From a bacterium (GTDB lineage: Bacteria; Patescibacteriota; Minisyncoccia; Moranbacterales; UBA2206), in contig JAYSLY010000007.1 in assembly GCA_043725085.1 (NCBI GenBank), positions 1,471 through 65,470 on the forward strand: a stretch of DNA of 64,000 nt. The letters run 5' to 3'. The notes under the pieces were generated by a model. That model made no database searches. It was not told where the DNA came from and saw only the letters and a program-made list of their open reading frames with translations. Both the position numbers and the translations under genes were made by a program. Positions 36,666-47,245 of the stretch are shown one piece after another (positions within the stretch are counted from its first letter, which is position 1; the number at the start of each line of letters is the position of its first letter).

Positions 36666-37826
36666 CTAATTCTTTATTGGCATAATAATATAGGTAAAAT
36701 CAGCCAAAACCTCTTTTGTGCCCTCAGAAAATTCGCGAATTGCCACTGGAGAGGAATCACTATTGGCCAGCAATGCTAATTTATTTGTCGTCACCACATT
36801 AATCCCGTCCACTAAATATTTCAAGTTAAAAACAATTTCTTGAGACTCACCTTGAACCTCAAAATTGATTTGTGTGGAGTTTTCACCCACCTCTGCACTC
36901 TTAGTGTCAACCAAGATATTTTTTCCTTCTGCGTCAATTTTTAAAACAACTTCGCTGGATTTATTATTCACAAAAACCCCGGCAATTTTTAGAGCATTTT
37001 GCAGGACTTTTCTATCCCCAATAATAGTTGTTTTATAACTCTCCGGCATAATGTGTTTATATTCCGGATATTTCCCATTAATAAGCCGTGAAACTATTTT
37101 TATTCCATCCAACTCAAAAAAAATCTGACCCTCTTCAATAAATACTTTCACCGTATTATCTTCTGAATTATTAGAAATAATGCGATTTAACTCAGAAAGT
37201 GTGCTGATTGGCACGATAATATTTTTAGTTTTTTCCCTAAACTCCAAATATTTTTCACTATTCACCTCATTTTCCCCTATTTTTAAAATATATTCAGAAA
37301 GTCTAAAACCATCTGTCGCCGCAAAAAATAACTCCTTTTCTCCAAAAACAATATTCATTCCGGTCAATTCTTGTCTTGCTTCATTATGCGCAACAGCAAT
37401 AAGAATTTTAGAGAAAATATCTTTCAACTTACTAATTCCAATATTTAGGATAAATTCAGTGTTTTTTTGTGGAATTAAAGGAAAATCTTCCGCAGAAAAA
37501 CCCTTAATCATCGCTTTTGTAGAGCCATTTTTTATCTTTAGGTTTTGATCTATTACCTCAATATCCATATTTTCCCCTTCAGTTAAATTAGCAGAGAAAC
37601 TACTTAAAAGCCTCGCAGGAATCGTAATTCTCCCCTCCTCTTCCACTTTCGCGCCAATTTTCACTTCAATTCCAATTTCCAAGTTTGTGGCAGATATTTT
37701 CAAATAACCCTTATTCGCTTCTAAGAGGATGTTGTTTAAAATTGGCAATGTATTTTGCTTAGAAACAATTCTTTCTGAATTGATAATCGCTTTTTTAAAG
37801 TTATCCTGAGTGCAAATTAATTTCAT
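36666..37826 (-). CDS. dnaN: DNA polymerase III beta sliding clamp
   Basis: MKLICTQDNFKKAIINSERIVSKQNTLPILNNILLEA. Confidence 0.9.
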   Translation of the reverse strand: MKLICTQDNFKKAIINSERIVSKQNTLPILNNILLEANKGYLKISATNLEIGIEVKIGAKVEEEGRITIPARLLSSFSANLTEGENMDIEVIDQNLKIKNGSTKAMIKGFSAEDFPLIPQKNTEFILNIGISKLKDIFSKILIAVAHNEARQELTGMNIVFGEKELFFAATDGFRLSEYILKIGENEVNSEKYLEFREKTKNIIVPISTLSELNRIISNNSEDNTVKVFIEEGQIFFELDGIKIVSRLINGKYPEYKHIMPESYKTTIIGDRKVLQNALKIAGVFVNNKSSEVVLKIDAEGKNILVDTKSAEVGENSTQINFEVQGESQEIVFNLKYLVDGINVVTTNKLALLANSDSSPVAIREFSEGTKEVLADFTYIIMPIKN

Positions 37827-38104
37827 AGTATTATTATTTTATTAATTAATTATAAAGAAACTTATTACTATTATTATAAATTAAACTTTTGTGGATAATT
37901 GAGATATAGAGCTAAGATGAGGGATAAATAGTGGAGATAATCTGTGGATAACCCTCATCTGAGTTGCTGGATAAACCATTAGTGTTATTGGGTTGGTGAG
38001 GAAAAGCTTTTGGCTTACTAAGATAATAAACAGGAAAAACTTATAATTAAGCAGGGTTTTTAGCCTCTTTACAACACCTTATCCACAACTTATACGCATT
38101 TAAC
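37827..38104. other. candidate oriC: an AT-rich unwinding region plus three perfect and several degenerate DnaA boxes between dnaA and dnaN
   Basis: TGTGGATAA at 37890-37898 and 37943-37951. TTATCCACA at 38079-38087. Degenerate TGGAGATAA and TGGATAAAC. AT tract 37827-37885. Confidence 0.6.
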
Positions 38105-39490
38105 CTAATCTATCTTATATAATTGTTCGCGAATCTGGCTAATTTCTTCTGATAATTTCTCATCGCTCATAAGACTTTTGGAAATTTTTTCAAAAGCATG
38201 GATGGCGGTGGTGTGATCGCGACCACCTAATTTCTCTCCTATTCCAGGGTAAGAAAATTGAAGCTCGCTGCGCATAAGGTACATAGCAACTTGTCGAGGC
38301 CGTACAACTTCTTTTTTGCGATTTTTTAGAACTAAATCCTCGAGGGTGATGTCATAGAATGAAGAAATAGCTTTTAATATTTGCTTGTACGTGATACCTT
38401 TCTTTTTTCCGCTGGAAATTAATTCAGAGAGTTGGTTTCTAGTAAAATCAAGCGTAATCTCCTTTTTAGTGAGTTGGGCTGAAACAATTAGTCGGTTAAG
38501 CGCACCTTCTAGTTCGCGAATATTGTTTTTGATGTTTGCGGCAATAAAATTAAGCGCTTCTTGGCTGATTTCCAGATTTTCATCGGCGACTTTCTTTTGG
38601 AGGATGGCAATTCTTGTTTCAAGATCGGGTTTAGAAACATCAGCAATCATCCCACCCTCAAAACGTGAGCGCAATCTTTCTTCAAGGATTTGGATTGCTT
38701 TTGGCGGGCGATCACTACTAAGCACGATTTGTTTATTGAGTTGATAGAGGTAGTTGAAAATATGGAAAAATTCTTCTTGGGTTTTTTCTTTGCCGGAAAT
38801 AAACTGGATATCATCGATAATTAGGATGTCAATTTTTTGATAGTATTCCTTAAATTCATTGATTTTTTGTTCCTGGAGGGAGTTGATTAGCTCCGTGGTA
38901 AACCTTTCTGAGGTGATGTATTTTACCTTGTAATTAGGATCTTTGCGCAAGATTTCATTGCCAATAGATTGGATTAGGTGGGTTTTCCCAAGACCAACTC
39001 CACCATAAATGAAGAGGGGGTTGTAGATTTTACCTAAATTTTGAGAAACAGCCACGCAGGCCGCATGAGCAAGCTCATTATTTCCACCAACAATGAAATT
39101 TTCAAAAACGTATTTGGGGTTAAGATTATTTTCGAGGTTTACTGTGAAAGTTTTCCTTTCTTGGTTTTTTGGATTATTATAATTTTGCGGGGCAACAATT
39201 GCGTCTACCATCGGCTCTCTCCTCAACGGCCTAAGTGGTTCTTTTGGCGTGGCAATCACACAAGAAACTGTTTTTATATTCGAATCAATGTTTTTAAGTG
39301 CTTTTAGGATATAGGCGTTGTATTTGTTTTCCAGCCATTCTTTAGCAAAGCCATTGGGCACACTAATAATAATAACCCCGTCAATATTAGAAATAATCTC
39401 GGTATTTTTAAACCAAGTGATAAAATTCGCCTTAGAAATGAAAAGCTCTATTTCACTGAGGGCTGTTTGCCAAAGTTCTTCGCTCTGCAT
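38105..39490 (-). CDS. dnaA: chromosomal replication initiator DnaA
   Basis: NPLFIYGGVGLGKTHLIQSIGNE plus a C-terminal HTH. Confidence 0.9.
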   Translation of the reverse strand: MQSEELWQTALSEIELFISKANFITWFKNTEIISNIDGVIIISVPNGFAKEWLENKYNAYILKALKNIDSNIKTVSCVIATPKEPLRPLRREPMVDAIVAPQNYNNPKNQERKTFTVNLENNLNPKYVFENFIVGGNNELAHAACVAVSQNLGKIYNPLFIYGGVGLGKTHLIQSIGNEILRKDPNYKVKYITSERFTTELINSLQEQKINEFKEYYQKIDILIIDDIQFISGKEKTQEEFFHIFNYLYQLNKQIVLSSDRPPKAIQILEERLRSRFEGGMIADVSKPDLETRIAILQKKVADENLEISQEALNFIAANIKNNIRELEGALNRLIVSAQLTKKEITLDFTRNQLSELISSGKKKGITYKQILKAISSFYDITLEDLVLKNRKKEVVRPRQVAMYLMRSELQFSYPGIGEKLGGRDHTTAIHAFEKISKSLMSDEKLSEEISQIREQLYKID

Positions 39491-39850
39491 TTTTTTAATA
39501 ATAAAAAAGGGTTAATAAGAGATTATTTTCTTAAAATAATCTAAAAACAATTTTTTGTTTTTGTATATTGAGAAAAGTATAGCACGGGAGAAGGCGGCGG
39601 AACATTGCAAAAAAGAGAGTAACTTGTTGATAAACTGTGAATATGCTTTAAAGCTAATACAAAAACCCTAAAAAAGCAAGTGCTGGGCGCGGTGTGTTTG
39701 GGCAAAAGTGAGCAATGAGGGACTTGTATTTCGGGTTTTTTTGAGAGGCTTATGCGCAAGTCTTACAAAAAGGCTTTTTAATTGACTTTTTCTTGAATAA
39801 TTGATAAGCTTTCAATTGGTTAGTTATAAATAGTTTAACTTGCAAAATAA

Positions 39851-39988
39851 ATGAGCGTAACATATAAACCCAAGAGTATTAAAAGAAAAAGAAGCCACGG
39901 ATTTATTGAAAGAAACAGCACTGCTTCAGGCCGAAATGTGCTAAAAGCCAGAAGAAGAAAGGGTCGCGCTAAGTTGACAACTGTTTAA
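39851..39988 (+). CDS. rpmH: 50S ribosomal protein L34 (45 aa, absent from the ORF track)
   Basis: [45 protein letters not shown]. Confidence 0.8.
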   Translation: MSVTYKPKSIKRKRSHGFIERNSTASGRNVLKARRRKGRAKLTTV

Positions 39989-40011
39989 GTTTTAATCTTT
40001 CAAAACTGACA

Positions 40012-40374
40012 ATGTTGCCAAAAAAGAACAGGATTAGAAAAAATGCTGATTTTGGGGTAATTTGTCGCTATGGCAAGACACTTTCTTGTGGTAAAATTAG
40101 TTTGAAGCTTAAAAAGAATGATTTGGGCCTAATAAGGCTTGGGATATCGGTGGGTGTGAAGTTTTCCCCTCGGGCAGTGGATCGGAATCGAATAAAGCGC
40201 CAAATCAGAGAGTTTTTTCGCCTAAACCTGGAAAGAATGGAAACGGGCTGGGATATTGTGGTGATTGTGCAAAAAGGTGCGAATGAAGCGGGAAATTTTC
40301 TAGTAGAATTAGAAAAGGGTCTCGCAAGAAGCGGTGTAATTAACAACTTATCCCCAACTGCAAAAAACAGCTAG
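40012..40374 (+). CDS. rnpA: RNase P protein component
   Basis: RNRIKRQIRE motif. Confidence 0.8.
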   Translation: MLPKKNRIRKNADFGVICRYGKTLSCGKISLKLKKNDLGLIRLGISVGVKFSPRAVDRNRIKRQIREFFRLNLERMETGWDIVVIVQKGANEAGNFLVELEKGLARSGVINNLSPTAKNS

Positions 40375-40385
40375 GGCAAACAAAA

Positions 40386-41183
40386 ATGGCATTTTTATTC
40401 AATGAATTTGTGTATCAGCCAATTTATAATTTGCTGATTTTTACCTACAACATTATTCCCTTGCATGATTTTGGTATAGCGATTATTCTGGTTACTGTGC
40501 TGATAAAACTGCTTCTCATTCCGCTTAGCCGCAAACAAATTGAATCACAAAAGAAAATGCAGGAATTGCAGCCAAAAATAAAGGCAATTCAGGATAAATA
40601 TAAAAACGACAAAGAAAAACAGAGCCGAGCGCTCATGGAGTTTTATAAGGAAAATAAGGCCAATCCTTTCTCGGGATGTCTGCCAATGGTTTTCCAATTA
40701 ATTTTTTTGATTGCAATCTATCGGGTACTCTTTAATATTTCCAAAAACGGTCTCATAGTGAGTGGTAGTGATTTATATTTATTCATGCATAATCCCGGCC
40801 AAATTAACCACCTTTTTTTGGGACTGATTGATCTTTCGAGTATCGTAGATTTTAAAAATTTTAGCGCGGGAAATATCGCGCATATCGTCCTTGTGGTGAT
40901 GGCCGCCGGAGCGCAGTATGTTCAAACAAAGATGCTTATGGCGACGAAAAGCCGCAAAGATGGGGAAGCTAAGTCAAGCAAGGAAGGAAAAGAACAAGAT
41001 TTTGCACAAATTATGTCAAAGCAAATGCTCTATCTTGCGCCCATTATGACACTATTTATTGGAATTAAGTTTCCTGCCGGACTCGCGCTCTATTGGTTGG
41101 TTTCGACTCTGTTTATGATTGCGCAGCAAGACTATCTGGAAAAGCTGAAAAACACTACTGTTGTTACAGTGCCTAAATTGTAA
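40386..41183 (+). CDS. yidC: membrane protein insertase YidC
   Basis: GCLPMVFQLIFLIAIY and the conserved rpmH-rnpA-yidC-jag order. Confidence 0.8.
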   Translation: MAFLFNEFVYQPIYNLLIFTYNIIPLHDFGIAIILVTVLIKLLLIPLSRKQIESQKKMQELQPKIKAIQDKYKNDKEKQSRALMEFYKENKANPFSGCLPMVFQLIFLIAIYRVLFNISKNGLIVSGSDLYLFMHNPGQINHLFLGLIDLSSIVDFKNFSAGNIAHIVLVVMAAGAQYVQTKMLMATKSRKDGEAKSSKEGKEQDFAQIMSKQMLYLAPIMTLFIGIKFPAGLALYWLVSTLFMIAQQDYLEKLKNTTVVTVPKL

Positions 41184-41239
41184 ATTTTAAATAAAACCCG
41201 CGTGTTAGCGCTAGGCATAGAAAGTTAGTTAGCGGACAG

Positions 41240-41731
41240 ATGGGTGAATTAAATCAGATGGAAAGAGAAATGTTGGAAAAAGAAATTACAACAATCGTCG
41301 AAGAGTTGCTTGTGAAAATGGGCTTTGCTGCCACAATTGAAATTAAAGATGGCCAGGAAGAGGGCAAGGATGCGATTATTTATAATATTAAAACCGAGGA
41401 CTCTAATTTTTTAATCGGGCAATATGGAATGAATCTGCAATCATTGCAGCATATTGTACGGGTGATTATTCGAAAGCGCCTTCTTGAGCCGGTTAATTTT
41501 ATCCTGGATGTCAACTCCTATCGTCAAGAAAAAAATGATTCAATTGTGCGTTTGGCGAAAAACTTAGCTCAAGAGGCGGTTATGGAAAAGAGAGACGTTG
41601 TGATGCGACCAATGACTGCCTATGAACGGAGAATCGTGCACATGGAACTTTCCAAAGACGATCGTATTAAAACAGAAAGTATTGGCGAGGGCGAAAATCG
41701 CCGAATTATGATAAAGCCATTAGAGCAATAA
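41240..41731 (+). CDS. jag: Jag/KhpB KH+R3H RNA-binding protein
   Basis: Jag_N, then a KH domain, then the R3H motif PMTAYERRIVHMEL. Confidence 0.75.
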   Translation: MGELNQMEREMLEKEITTIVEELLVKMGFAATIEIKDGQEEGKDAIIYNIKTEDSNFLIGQYGMNLQSLQHIVRVIIRKRLLEPVNFILDVNSYRQEKNDSIVRLAKNLAQEAVMEKRDVVMRPMTAYERRIVHMELSKDDRIKTESIGEGENRRIMIKPLEQ

Positions 41732-41732
41732 T

Positions 41733-41752
41733 TTCAAATTTCAAATTTATTT
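41733..41752. repeat. AT-rich palindromic repeat family (copy A)
   Basis: tttcaaatttcaaattta. Related to the repeats at 55010, 56900, 58070 and 58508. Confidence 0.4.
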
Positions 41753-41755
41753 CTT

Positions 41756-43207
41756 ATGGTTATTGCCAGAAAAATAGCCTACAACGTGCTTGTTAGCAGT
41801 ATTTCCAAGATACTTTCTACTGCGCTTGCACTTGCCGCAATTGGCTTTATCACCCGCTATTTAGGCAAGGGAGGTTTTGGTGATTATGCGACAGTTCTGG
41901 CTTTTCTTTCTTTTTTCTCTGCTGTTTCCGATTTTGGTCTTTATCAATTCTCAACGCGCGAGATTTCCCGTCCTGGGGCGGATGAAGAGGAAATCATGGC
42001 AAACGCCTTTTCAATGCGGATCATTTCCTCCCTGGCAATCTTTCTCCTTTCTTTCCTTATAATCATCTTTTTGCCCTATTCGCAGGAAGTGAAATATGGA
42101 ATCATAATTATTGCCGCGTCCCTCATCTTTTCTTCCAGTTATCAGATCCTAAACGGGGTTTTTCAAAAAAACCTTGCGATGGACAAAGTGGCCATTTCAG
42201 AGCTTTTGGGGAAAGTCGTTCAATTGGCAATTGTGATTCTAGCGGTCAAGTTGAGGCTAAGTTTTGCTTGGATTATTACCTCGTTGCTTTTTAATATGCT
42301 AGTTAGTTTTTTTCTGGTTTATTTTTGGTCTAAGAAATATATCAAGGTGCGACTAGCCTTTAATTTCTCCTATTGGAAAAAGTTCCTTTTAGAATCCTAT
42401 CCGATTGGAATTATGTCGATTGTGGTTTTTGTTTATTTCAAGGTTGATACAATCCTTTTGTCTATTATGAAAAGCAATGCTGATGTGGGGATTTATAATG
42501 TTGCCTATAAGGTGTTGGAAAACATTTCCTTTTTCCCTTCTATGATTGTGGGGCTAATCTTTCCGATTATTTCACAACATATTTTTAGCGATGAAAAACG
42601 GTTTTTTGATATTTCCAATAAAACTTTCAAGGTTTTTGTGCTTCTTGCGGTGCCGCTTGTTGTTGGCACACTTTTTCTTTCCAATGGCCTTATCTATCTG
42701 ATTGGTGGCGCGGGATTTGGCGAATCAGCTCTTGTTCTTCGCATTCTTGTTTTTGCAATGGCGGCGATATTTTTCAGTAATCTTTTTAATGCCATCTTGA
42801 TTGCAGGAAATTTGCAAAAAAAATTAATGTATGTGTTGTCGGCGGCGGCAATTTTTAATGTGCTGGCGAACTTGGCCCTAATCCCCCTCTTTTCCTATGT
42901 GGCAGCCGCGGCAACCTCATTTGTTACCGAGGCTTTTGTGGCAATCGCGGCGGGCTATCTCGTTTTCAAGCGATTAAACTATTTCCCGCGAGTGGAGAAG
43001 GTCACAAGGATTTTGCTTTCCGGAGTGGTGATGGCGGGATTTTTGTTTGTTTTTCGTGCGAGCAACTTCTATCTCTTAGGCTTTGGCAGCGTTTGTGTCT
43101 ATATTTTGGCGCTGTGGGCATTTCAAGCAGTGGAAGCCGCTGAAATAACCACTATAATTAGCAAAAAAGGCGTGGAAGAATATGAAAAGCCAATTTCCGA
43201 AAGTTAA
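41756..43207 (+). CDS. polysaccharide/oligosaccharide flippase (Wzx/MOP-family polytopic membrane protein)
   Basis: 483 aa with about 12-14 TM helices. Confidence 0.6.
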   Translation: MVIARKIAYNVLVSSISKILSTALALAAIGFITRYLGKGGFGDYATVLAFLSFFSAVSDFGLYQFSTREISRPGADEEEIMANAFSMRIISSLAIFLLSFLIIIFLPYSQEVKYGIIIIAASLIFSSSYQILNGVFQKNLAMDKVAISELLGKVVQLAIVILAVKLRLSFAWIITSLLFNMLVSFFLVYFWSKKYIKVRLAFNFSYWKKFLLESYPIGIMSIVVFVYFKVDTILLSIMKSNADVGIYNVAYKVLENISFFPSMIVGLIFPIISQHIFSDEKRFFDISNKTFKVFVLLAVPLVVGTLFLSNGLIYLIGGAGFGESALVLRILVFAMAAIFFSNLFNAILIAGNLQKKLMYVLSAAAIFNVLANLALIPLFSYVAAAATSFVTEAFVAIAAGYLVFKRLNYFPRVEKVTRILLSGVVMAGFLFVFRASNFYLLGFGSVCVYILALWAFQAVEAAEITTIISKKGVEEYEKPISES

Positions 43208-44054
43208 TATTGTTGTTCTGAATTATAATGGTCGGGATTGTCTAAAAAAATGCCTAACCAGTCTTTTTTGTTTGGACTATCCTAACTTTGAGGTGGTTGT
43301 GGTGGATAATAATTCACAAGACGGCTCGCTTGAACTGGCAAAGCTTAATTTTTCTCGCGCCACTTTCATCAAAAATGAGCAAAACCTGGGATTTTCGGCG
43401 GGAAACAATGTGGGGATAAAATATTCCCTGGAAAAGATGGCGGATTTCGTGCTTCTCCTAAACAACGATACGGAGGTAGAAAAAGATTTTCTAAGCCAGC
43501 TCATTAGGAGCGCGCAAGCGAATGAGCGGGTGGGGATTTTGAGCCCGCTGGTTTTTGGGGGTAATGGGAAGCACGTTTGGTTTTCTGGCGGAAAAATTGA
43601 TTGGTTGCGCATGAAAACCGAACATACGCAAAAACTGATCGAAAGTGATTTTGCGGAGAGTGATTTTATTTCTGGTTGCGCGATGCTAGTGCGCGCGGAA
43701 GTGTTTGCCAAGGCGGGTCTCTTGGATGAAGACTTTTTTCTATATTGGGAGGATGTGGATTTTAGTGTTAGGGCGAAAAAAGCCGGCTTCTCTCTTTTAG
43801 TTGTGGCTGGTTCTCACGTGCGCCACTTTGAAAAAAGTGAAAATATGCAGAAAAACAAGGTTTATTGGCTGGTGCTTTCCGGGCTGATTTTTTTTGATAA
43901 AAACGCTTCAGGAATGTGGCGCTGGTGGATTTTTGCCTTTGTGCTTTTGCGTAAGCTAAAAAATTGGAGAGATGTCCGAACAAGAGGGACTGAAATAGAT
44001 TTGTCCGTAAAAAAAGCGTATGGTGATTTTAAAAAACTAAAATGCGAGAAATAA
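43182..44054 (+). CDS. family-2 glycosyltransferase
   Basis: VNIVVLNYNGRDCLKKCL...VDNNSQDGS. Confidence 0.7.
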   Translation: MKSQFPKVNIVVLNYNGRDCLKKCLTSLFCLDYPNFEVVVVDNNSQDGSLELAKLNFSRATFIKNEQNLGFSAGNNVGIKYSLEKMADFVLLLNNDTEVEKDFLSQLIRSAQANERVGILSPLVFGGNGKHVWFSGGKIDWLRMKTEHTQKLIESDFAESDFISGCAMLVRAEVFAKAGLLDEDFFLYWEDVDFSVRAKKAGFSLLVVAGSHVRHFEKSENMQKNKVYWLVLSGLIFFDKNASGMWRWWIFAFVLLRKLKNWRDVRTRGTEIDLSVKKAYGDFKKLKCEK

Positions 44055-44830
44055 AGCTTTCGATAATTATTGTAAATTATGAAAGCCGAGATTATTTGGA
44101 AAAATGCTTGGCTTCTATTTTCGCGAAAATTGACCCTAGTGTACCGTTTGAGGTGATTGTAGTCAATAACAGTGCGAAAGAAACATTGAATGGGCTAGTG
44201 AGTCTTTTTGAAGGAATAAAGATTGTTCAAAACCCGCGCAACAGTGGTTTTGGCAGCGCGAATAACATGGGCGCAAAAGTGGCCAGTGGCGAGATTCTTT
44301 TTTTTCTCAACCCTGACACGGAAATTATTTCTCAAAACATCACTCAGGTGCTTAGGGAGTTTGAAAATAATCCAACCTTAGGAATTTTGGGTAGCAGGCT
44401 TATGGAGTCAAGCGAAAAGGTTCAAAAATGGAGCGCTGGAGAGCGAATTTCTCTTTGGAGCATTTTGAGAAATAATATGCGAAAAACCAAAGAGGAAAAA
44501 TCTTGGCAAAGTCTGGCAAGGGCGGAGGTGTTTTGGGTGGCGGGAACGGCCTTGTTTATTCGTCGAGCACTATTTTCGCGACTGAAGGGCTTTGATGAAA
44601 TTTTTTTTACTTATTTTGAAGATGTGGATCTTTGCAATCGCGCACACACGCTTAGCCAAAAAGTGGTCTATTTTCCCGAATTTTCTGTTTTGCATCATGG
44701 TGGGAGGAGTTTTCTGGAAAAAAAAGAACAAAAGAAAAGATATTATGCGTCCCAAGACTATTATTTTGAGAAACATTTTAATTGTTTTTGGGCAACAGCT
44801 TTAAAAATATTGCGATTTTTTAGTTTTTAA
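44042..44830 (+). CDS. family-2 glycosyltransferase
   Basis: LSIIIVNYESRDYLEKCL...VNNSAKE. Confidence 0.7.
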   Translation: MREIKLSIIIVNYESRDYLEKCLASIFAKIDPSVPFEVIVVNNSAKETLNGLVSLFEGIKIVQNPRNSGFGSANNMGAKVASGEILFFLNPDTEIISQNITQVLREFENNPTLGILGSRLMESSEKVQKWSAGERISLWSILRNNMRKTKEEKSWQSLARAEVFWVAGTALFIRRALFSRLKGFDEIFFTYFEDVDLCNRAHTLSQKVVYFPEFSVLHHGGRSFLEKKEQKKRYYASQDYYFEKHFNCFWATALKILRFFSF

Positions 44831-44833
44831 TAA

Positions 44834-46081
44834 ATGTTATTCAAGTTAATTTTAATTTTTTGTGCCTATCTGCCTTTTCAGATTGCACTTAACCCAGGTG
44901 CGGGAGTAGATTTGGCGAGCTCGCGGGTTTTTATCCTGCTTGCATTTTTTGCGTGGTTAGTGGGTAGTTTGAAAAGGAAAAAGCTAAGTATCCAAAATAG
45001 CAGAACGAATTTTTTTCTGGCGAGTTTTCTTTTTTTGAGTCTTTTCTCTGTGGTGGTTTCCAAAAACAGTGATTGGTCGATAAGAAAACTGTTATTTTTA
45101 TTTTCTGTTTTTCCGCTATATTTCGTGATAGCGGATCTTGTTTCTACGAAAGAAAGAATGTTGAAATTGGTTAAGTATTTGGTTTGGGGCGGGTTTTTTG
45201 TGGCGGCTCTTGGCATAGTTCAATTTGCCTCTCAGTTTATTTTTGGTCTTGAGAGGACATATCAATTTTGGGCCAATTATGTTTCTCCGCTTTTCTTGGG
45301 CCAAAATGTGACCCAAGCCGTGCTTAAAAACCCCAGCTGGCTTGTTAATATTTCCGGATCAACATATCTTCGCTCTATTGCGACATTTCCTGACCCGCAT
45401 ATGCTATCGTTTTTTTTGGGTATGCTTTTGCCGTTTGCCTTGGGATTGTTCCTTGTCTCAAAAAAGAAAATCTACCTATTTGTGTCTTTTGTGATATTAT
45501 TGGCGGATTTGCTGACTTTTTCACGTGGGGGATATTTAGGATTGTTTTCCGGTGGACTGGTCGCGCTAATATTACTTTTAGGTAAAATGAAAAAAAGGCA
45601 TAAGCTGGGCGTGGTTGCCTTTGCTTTTGTTTTGACCGGACTTTTGTTGGTTCCTGGGCCAATCTCTCAGCGGTTTTTCTCTAGCTTTAATTGGAAAGAG
45701 GGCTCTAATCAAGGCCGAATTGAAACTTGGAAAAAAGCCAGTGAAGTTATTTTGAAGCATCCATTGCTCGGAGTCGGTATTGGCAACTACCCGCTTGAAA
45801 TTAGCGCAACAGCAGATTATCGTGATCCAATTTATGCGCATAGTAATTATTTGGACATTGCGGCGGAAACTGGTATTCTCAGTCTTTTGGCTTGGTTAGG
45901 TTTTTTGGGCTCTCTGTTTTTCACGTTTATCAAAAGAAAGGATTTTATGTTTTTTTGTGCCGCGATAAGCATCGTTATCTTTTCTGCTCATTCCTTGGTG
46001 GAAACATCGATTTATTCTCCGGTAGTTTTGGCGCTATTTCTAATCATTGCCGGATTTGTTCGTTTGGCGAAAAACAGATGA
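44834..46081 (+). CDS. O-antigen ligase/polymerase (Wzy-like) membrane protein
   Basis: Polytopic. FSRGGYLG region typical of the Wzy_C family. Confidence 0.5.
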   Translation: MLFKLILIFCAYLPFQIALNPGAGVDLASSRVFILLAFFAWLVGSLKRKKLSIQNSRTNFFLASFLFLSLFSVVVSKNSDWSIRKLLFLFSVFPLYFVIADLVSTKERMLKLVKYLVWGGFFVAALGIVQFASQFIFGLERTYQFWANYVSPLFLGQNVTQAVLKNPSWLVNISGSTYLRSIATFPDPHMLSFFLGMLLPFALGLFLVSKKKIYLFVSFVILLADLLTFSRGGYLGLFSGGLVALILLLGKMKKRHKLGVVAFAFVLTGLLLVPGPISQRFFSSFNWKEGSNQGRIETWKKASEVILKHPLLGVGIGNYPLEISATADYRDPIYAHSNYLDIAAETGILSLLAWLGFLGSLFFTFIKRKDFMFFCAAISIVIFSAHSLVETSIYSPVVLALFLIIAGFVRLAKNR

Positions 46082-47223
46082 AAAAAATATTTAGACTGGA
46101 AAACTTAATCTATCTGACTATTTTTGCACTGCCAGTGTATCTTTGGCGGTTTAGTTTTTTCAACATGCTGGATATTTTGCTGGGCGGGTGTATTATTGGC
46201 GGACTACTCATTTATCATAAAAAATTTTCCCCTAAGACATTTTTTGATAAATATAGGGCGATCATTTTTTCTGCCGGGCTTATTCTTGCGGGTTTGGTTA
46301 TTTCGGTTCTTTGGAATAAGAATTATGCGGTAGGTTTCGGGATAGTTAAAAGCTGGTTTCTATTGCCAGTCCTTTTTTCTATGGTTGTTGGCGGTGTGAT
46401 TGAAAAAGAGAGGCTTAGGAATATTTTTTTCGCCTACTATTTGAGCGCTTTTTTGGTGGCATTGATTTCTTTGGCCTATTATTTTTCAGGAATGGTGACT
46501 TTCGATTTGCGGCTTCAAGGTTTTTTCAATTCGCCAAACTATTTGGCAATGTATTTGGCGCCGGCAATTTTTATCGGCTGGTCTTTGTTTCAAGAGACTG
46601 CGTTAAAAAGAAAACCACTATTTGTTTTTTTGGCGCTAGTGATTTTTCTTGCGCTTTATCTGACCCGTTCTTATGCCACTTGGCTGGCTCTTTTTGGCGC
46701 GCTTGTTTTTGTTTTCGTGTTGGAAAAAAAGCTGAATTGGAAAAAAGCGCTCGCTACGTTGCTTTTTTTGTGCGCACTGTTTTTTTCGCAGATGGGGGAA
46801 AAGAAATTAACTGATCTTTTAAGTTTTAATGAACGCTCTTCCTTGGAATCTCGCATAATGATTTGGCGTTCAGCGGAAAAGATGCTGGAGAATAGCTGGC
46901 TTTTGGGAATTGGCGCTGGTAATTTTCAAACAAAATATTTGGAAAATCAGAAATATTTTTCGCCATATCTAGAGTGGGCTGTTGCGCATCCGCACAATCT
47001 CTATCTGACTTTTTGGCTTTATGGAGGAATTTTTGGTGCGGCTGGCTTTTTTGCGCTTATCTATTTTTGGTTTTTGGGCATTTTGCGCACACAAAAAAAT
47101 TCCCAACTCAGATTCATCGGGCTGGGAATTATGGGCTATATCTTGCTTTGTGGACTAGTAGACACAACTTATTTCAAAAACGATTTGGCAGTCGTGTTTT
47201 GGCTCTTATTTGTACTTCTTTAA
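46078..47223 (+). CDS. second Wzy-like O-antigen ligase-family membrane protein
   Basis: Start ATG 46078 overlaps the upstream stop (ATGA). MKKIFRLENLIYLTIFALPVYLW. The ORF-track start at 45892 is an overlapping extension. Confidence 0.5.
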   Translation: MKKIFRLENLIYLTIFALPVYLWRFSFFNMLDILLGGCIIGGLLIYHKKFSPKTFFDKYRAIIFSAGLILAGLVISVLWNKNYAVGFGIVKSWFLLPVLFSMVVGGVIEKERLRNIFFAYYLSAFLVALISLAYYFSGMVTFDLRLQGFFNSPNYLAMYLAPAIFIGWSLFQETALKRKPLFVFLALVIFLALYLTRSYATWLALFGALVFVFVLEKKLNWKKALATLLFLCALFFSQMGEKKLTDLLSFNERSSLESRIMIWRSAEKMLENSWLLGIGAGNFQTKYLENQKYFSPYLEWAVAHPHNLYLTFWLYGGIFGAAGFFALIYFWFLGILRTQKNSQLRFIGLGIMGYILLCGLVDTTYFKNDLAVVFWLLFVLL

Positions 47224-47245
47224 AAGATCCCGGGAGTGATTAGGC

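Noticed and set aside
39491-39850. Second DnaA-box cluster upstream of dnaA
   Set aside because: Only weak, degenerate TTGATAAAC-like matches. The perfect boxes are all in the dnaA-dnaN spacer.
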